DNA of 64,000 nucleotides from Obrimoposthia wandeli. Its lineage: Eukaryota. Of the stretch, positions 60,529-64,000 are shown one piece after another (the stretch's first letter is position 1; the number at the start of each line of letters is the position of its first letter). The stretch lies in contig CDROCS010001350.1 of NCBI GenBank assembly GCA_977020255.1, positions 1 through 64,000 of the forward strand, read 5' to 3'. The notes beneath the pieces were generated by a model. It was given only the letters and a program-made list of their open reading frames with translations, made no database searches and had not been told where the DNA came from. The position numbers and the translations under genes were made by a program.

Positions 60529-61668
60529 TTAATATGATGAATGGGTGTTTTCTTCAATTTCAGAACGAGTCACCGTTCTCCACATTTTGCTATAACACCA
60601 AATCGTATAACAAAGAATAAGCGGTAAGAATATCGCTACCACGATCAGCATTAAGTTAAGCGTGCCTTCACTCGATACCGCATCCCAAATTGTTAAGCTG
60701 TGATTAGGCGTGCTGCTTGACGGCATGATAAATGGGAACATAGAAACACCCATCGTCAAAATAACACCGGCAATTGATAACGCACTGGCCGTAAATGCTA
60801 AACCACCAGGCTTAAAGCGAGCAAGTAGACCTGCTACAATCGCCATCACGAAACCTGTTATAGGTAACAACCAAAGTATTGGCATGCTGTTAAAGTTATT
60901 TAACCATGCACCGGATACTATCGTAACGACTTTATTAGTTGGTTGAGCATAAGCCTGAGTATCAATTGCACTTTGAATAACATAACCGTCAATCGTTGTG
61001 GCAATCATTACACCGGCAAGGGCAAAACTAACAACAAGCACAGCTGCAAATACTTGTGCTGCTTTTGCAGAGCGTGCCGCAACCTGTTCATCGGTACGCA
61101 TACTTAACCAAGTGCCGCCATGCATCAGTATCATTGAAACACTCACAACCCCACTCAATAGTGCGAATGGGTTAAATAGTGCGAAAAATGAACCTGTGGT
61201 GTAAACACGCATTAACTCGTCAAAGTTAAACGGAATACCTTGTAGCAAATTACCAAATGCAATACCAAAGACGAGAGGGGGCACTATGCTGCCAACAAAT
61301 AATGCTTTATCCCAGTTGTAACGCCATTTTGGTGAATCGATCTTACTGCGGTAATCAAAACCAAGTGGTCGCAAGAATAAGCAGAACAGCGTTAGCATCA
61401 TTGCAAAGTAGAAGCCACTAAACGCAGTACCGTAAACCATTGGCCAAGCGGCAAATAATGATGCACCAGCAGTAATTAACCAGACTTGGTTACCATCCCA
61501 GTGTGCGGCGATGGTATTAATCACTACACGACGTTCGGTATCATCTTTTGCCACGAAGGGCAGTAAGCTACCAACGCCCATATCCATGCCATCGGTAACG
61601 GCAAAGCCGATAAGCAATATTCCGATGATTAACCACCAGATAAGTTTTAAGCTTTCATAATCAAACAT
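60529..61668 (-). CDS. cydB: Cytochrome bd ubiquinol oxidase subunit II
   Basis: DGMDMGVG, HWDGNQVWL, FLRPLGFDYRSK. Confidence 0.96.
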   Translation of the reverse strand: MFDYESLKLIWWLIIGILLIGFAVTDGMDMGVGSLLPFVAKDDTERRVVINTIAAHWDGNQVWLITAGASLFAAWPMVYGTAFSGFYFAMMLTLFCLFLRPLGFDYRSKIDSPKWRYNWDKALFVGSIVPPLVFGIAFGNLLQGIPFNFDELMRVYTTGSFFALFNPFALLSGVVSVSMILMHGGTWLSMRTDEQVAARSAKAAQVFAAVLVVSFALAGVMIATTIDGYVIQSAIDTQAYAQPTNKVVTIVSGAWLNNFNSMPILWLLPITGFVMAIVAGLLARFKPGGLAFTASALSIAGVILTMGVSMFPFIMPSSSTPNHSLTIWDAVSSEGTLNLMLIVVAIFLPLILCYTIWCYSKMWRTVTRSEIEENTHSSY

Positions 61669-61679
61669 AATCTAAGCCC

Positions 61680-63269
61680 TTAGTATTTGTCTTGACGTAA
61701 TTGTGGTGATGCTTCTTGCTCTTCTTGCTCAAAGTGGTAACGACCAGTATGTAGCGAGCTTGGACCTTGTTTGGCAAATTTAACCATTAGCCACATTTCA
61801 AGAATGAACATAACGATATAAACAAGAATGAACGCAATCATCGTCATGGCAACTGAACTTGCTTCATGGTTCGACGTTGCCATAAAGGTAGGTAAAATCT
61901 CACTAATAGCCCAAGGCTGACGACCTACTTCAGCAACAAACCAACCAGTTTCAATTGCAATCCAAGGTAGTGGCAGTGCAAATAAGATCGCTTTAAGTAA
62001 CCAGCGCTTATCTTGTATTTGACGACGAGCGTTAAAGTAGAAGGCTAGAATAAATAGGCCTAACATGACGATACCACTACCAACCATGATGCGGAATGCC
62101 CAGAAGATAGGTGCTACAGGTGGAATTGAATCCTCAACCGCCATCTGGATCTGTTCTTCAGTCGCATTAATCACATCATTGGTATAACGTTTTAATAATA
62201 AACCGTAACCAAGGTCATCTTTAACTTCATTGAAACTCGCGATGTTTTCAGGTGTTTCTTCACCACCACGTAGCTTCTGTAGGTAATCATAAGCAATCAT
62301 ACCGCCACGAATACGTACTTCATGTTCTTTTTTCAAGTCACTGATACCAGTTACTTGACCATCTAAAGAACGTGTCGCAATAAGACCTAGCGCATAAGGG
62401 ATTTTAACTGCGTAATCCGTTTCCATGGTTTCTTCGTTTGGCAAGCCAACTAAAGTAAACGCTGCAGGTGCCGGTTCTGTATGGAATTCAGCTTCAATTG
62501 CAGCAAGTTTAACGCGCTGCACTTCACCCACTTCATAACCTGATTCATCACCGAGTAGTAATACACAGAAGATAGCGGCTAGACCGAAACCTGAGGCAAC
62601 AGAAAAAGAGCGCTTAGCAAATGCAACATCACGACCTTTTAACAGGTAGTAACTACTGATACTCATCACAAACATAGCGCCTGCAACGTAACCGGCAGCG
62701 ACAGTGTGAATGAACTTAACCTGTGCCACTGGGTTGAAAACAAGTTCAGAAAAGCTGACCATTTCCATACGCATAGTGGCATAGTTAAATTCACTGCCGA
62801 TTGGGTTTTGCATCCAACCGTTGGCAACCAAAATCCACATCGCAGAAAGGTTAGTCCCTAACGCCATTAAGAAAGTAGCCGCTAAATGCTGTCGTTTACT
62901 TAGTCTATCCCAACCGAGCAGGAACATACCCACGAAGGTTGATTCGAGGAAGAAAGCCATTAAGCCTTCAATCGCCAGTGGTGCACCGAAGACGTCCCCG
63001 ACATAATGTGAATAGTAAGACCAGTTGGTACCGAACTCAAACTCCATGGTTAAACCGGTTGCGACACCTATCGCGAAGTTAATCGCAAAGAGTTTACCCC
63101 AGAATTTAGTCATATCACGGTAAATAACACGTCCTGTCATCACGTATACCGCTTCCATGATAAACAGTATCCAAGTCATGCCGATTGTAAGTGGTACGAA
63201 AAGGAAGTGGAATAGAGCTGTGATGGCGAACTGCCAACGGGATAACTCTACTAAGGTTTCATTAATCAT
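61680..63269 (-). CDS. cydA: Cytochrome bd ubiquinol oxidase subunit I (long Q-loop type)
   Basis: [43 protein letters not shown]. Confidence 0.97.
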   Translation of the reverse strand: MINETLVELSRWQFAITALFHFLFVPLTIGMTWILFIMEAVYVMTGRVIYRDMTKFWGKLFAINFAIGVATGLTMEFEFGTNWSYYSHYVGDVFGAPLAIEGLMAFFLESTFVGMFLLGWDRLSKRQHLAATFLMALGTNLSAMWILVANGWMQNPIGSEFNYATMRMEMVSFSELVFNPVAQVKFIHTVAAGYVAGAMFVMSISSYYLLKGRDVAFAKRSFSVASGFGLAAIFCVLLLGDESGYEVGEVQRVKLAAIEAEFHTEPAPAAFTLVGLPNEETMETDYAVKIPYALGLIATRSLDGQVTGISDLKKEHEVRIRGGMIAYDYLQKLRGGEETPENIASFNEVKDDLGYGLLLKRYTNDVINATEEQIQMAVEDSIPPVAPIFWAFRIMVGSGIVMLGLFILAFYFNARRQIQDKRWLLKAILFALPLPWIAIETGWFVAEVGRQPWAISEILPTFMATSNHEASSVAMTMIAFILVYIVMFILEMWLMVKFAKQGPSSLHTGRYHFEQEEQEASPQLRQDKY

Positions 63270-63289
63270 TATAAGAATACTCCTCTAGA

Positions 63290-63853
63290 CTAATTTGATT
63301 CAGAATTTTTTTTATTTGGAAATAATTGATCTTTTACAGACAGCATCTTAGATACACCAGCGCCTAACTTCATCAATCGGCTAAGCTGCTCTGGATTAAG
63401 ACGTTGTAATTCAGCTGCCCATTCGGTGACCATCTCGAGCAGATCATGAATTTCTTGCATTTTAGTTTGAGAATACTCATCACCTGCATCTGTCGGTTTT
63501 TCGAGAAGAGAAGCACGCAGTAAAGAAAGCGTTGGGTCTATTTCACGTTTACGGCGTTCTTTGAATACAGTGTTAGCCATATCCCAAATGCTGCCAATCG
63601 CACTGTAGTATTCTTTACGGTCACCTGGAATGTGACTCATTTGGATCAACTGCCATGATTGCAGCTCTTTAATACTCATACTGACATTGCCACGAGAGAT
63701 GTTTAAACCACTCGCAAGGTCGTTTGCGCAAACAGGTGCTTCAGTAATAACAAGCAGTGCATACATTTGACCAACGGTACGATTGAAGCCCCATCGACTG
63801 CCCATTTCACCGAAATGATAAATAAATGATTGGTTTTGAGTTGAGATGTTCAC
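63290..63853 (-). CDS. GbsR/MarR-family regulator of cyd (CydE-like)
   Basis: FGEMGSRWGFNRTVGQMYALL, ISRGNVSMSIKEL, PGDRKEYY, RKREIDPT. Confidence 0.9.
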   Translation of the reverse strand: MNISTQNQSFIYHFGEMGSRWGFNRTVGQMYALLVITEAPVCANDLASGLNISRGNVSMSIKELQSWQLIQMSHIPGDRKEYYSAIGSIWDMANTVFKERRKREIDPTLSLLRASLLEKPTDAGDEYSQTKMQEIHDLLEMVTEWAAELQRLNPEQLSRLMKLGAGVSKMLSVKDQLFPNKKNSESN

Positions 63854-63866
63854 ATATTACCTAACG

Positions 63867-63890
63867 AACTTTCAGAAGTTTCTGAAAGTT
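63867..63890. promoter_or_regulatory. Perfect 11-bp-arm palindrome, probable operator of the GbsR-type regulator
   Basis: AACTTTCAGAA-gt-TTCTGAAAGTT, 13 nt upstream of the GTG start. Confidence 0.7.
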
Positions 63891-63907
63891 TAAATCACTA
63901 AGTGTAA

Positions 63908-63921
63908 TTGATCAAGGTCAA
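63908..63921. promoter_or_regulatory. FNR-like box (one mismatch)
   Basis: TTGAT-caag-GTCAA. Confidence 0.5.
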
Positions 63922-63957
63922 ATTGAGATGAATTACCTTGTGGAGTGTAAAGATTCG

Positions 63958-63971
63958 TTGATATATATCAA
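63958..63971. promoter_or_regulatory. FNR box (perfect consensus)
   Basis: TTGAT-atat-ATCAA upstream of the cyd operon. Confidence 0.75.
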
Positions 63972-64000
63972 AACGCTATATAACTTCTTTGATTAGCTAA

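Noticed and set aside
540-63006. Many 60-140 aa ORFs nested in or antisense to long genes (for example 10382-10753, 25020-25364, 27045-27455, 54188-54619)
   Set aside because: Shadow ORFs of well-supported genes; no RBS or recognisable motifs
1-64000. CRISPR arrays, IS/transposases, integrases, tRNA/rRNA genes
   Set aside because: No repeat-spacer periodicity, transposase or integrase motifs, or structural RNA signatures were seen by eye; a tRNAscan/Infernal run would be needed to exclude small ncRNAs

Overview
Chromosomal segment of an AT-rich marine gammaproteobacterium; gene content (fabV, dcuC, csiV-mfd-PilZ-lolCDE, PEP-CTERM protein) suggests a Moritella/Vibrionales-Alteromonadales relative (inference). 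About 55 protein-coding genes. I saw no rRNA, tRNA, IS element, prophage or CRISPR array. Main blocks: (1) a PEP-CTERM protein with a sigma54-type promoter, and a RIO1-like kinase; (2) LysR with DJ-1/PfpI and a YqhD-like dehydrogenase; (3) housekeeping genes (dcuC, mog, ygiQ, fabV, nif3-like); (4) EPS locus A, resembling Vibrio sypM-R, with the SypQ-like GT2 and SypR-like priming transferase fused in one ORF; (5) csiV-mfd-PilZ-lolCDE-DUF2062 followed by a ComEC lacking its C-terminal domain; (6) a ColRS-like two-component system embedded in a GtrA/GtrB/ArnT-like envelope glycosylation module, with ColR-box-like sites; (7) L,D-transpeptidase and ycbK; (8) EPS locus B (beta-helix protein, wzy, wzx, acyltransferase, vpsLMNO/cpsABCD-like) with no elongating glycosyltransferases; (9) a GbsR-type regulator with cydABX-cydDC. 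Three small ORFs missing from the supplied track were read by hand: cydX, a 54-aa peptide resembling the mitochondrial ATPase inhibitor IF1, and an ORF downstream of the YbaK-family gene. All family assignments come from motif recognition without database searches.
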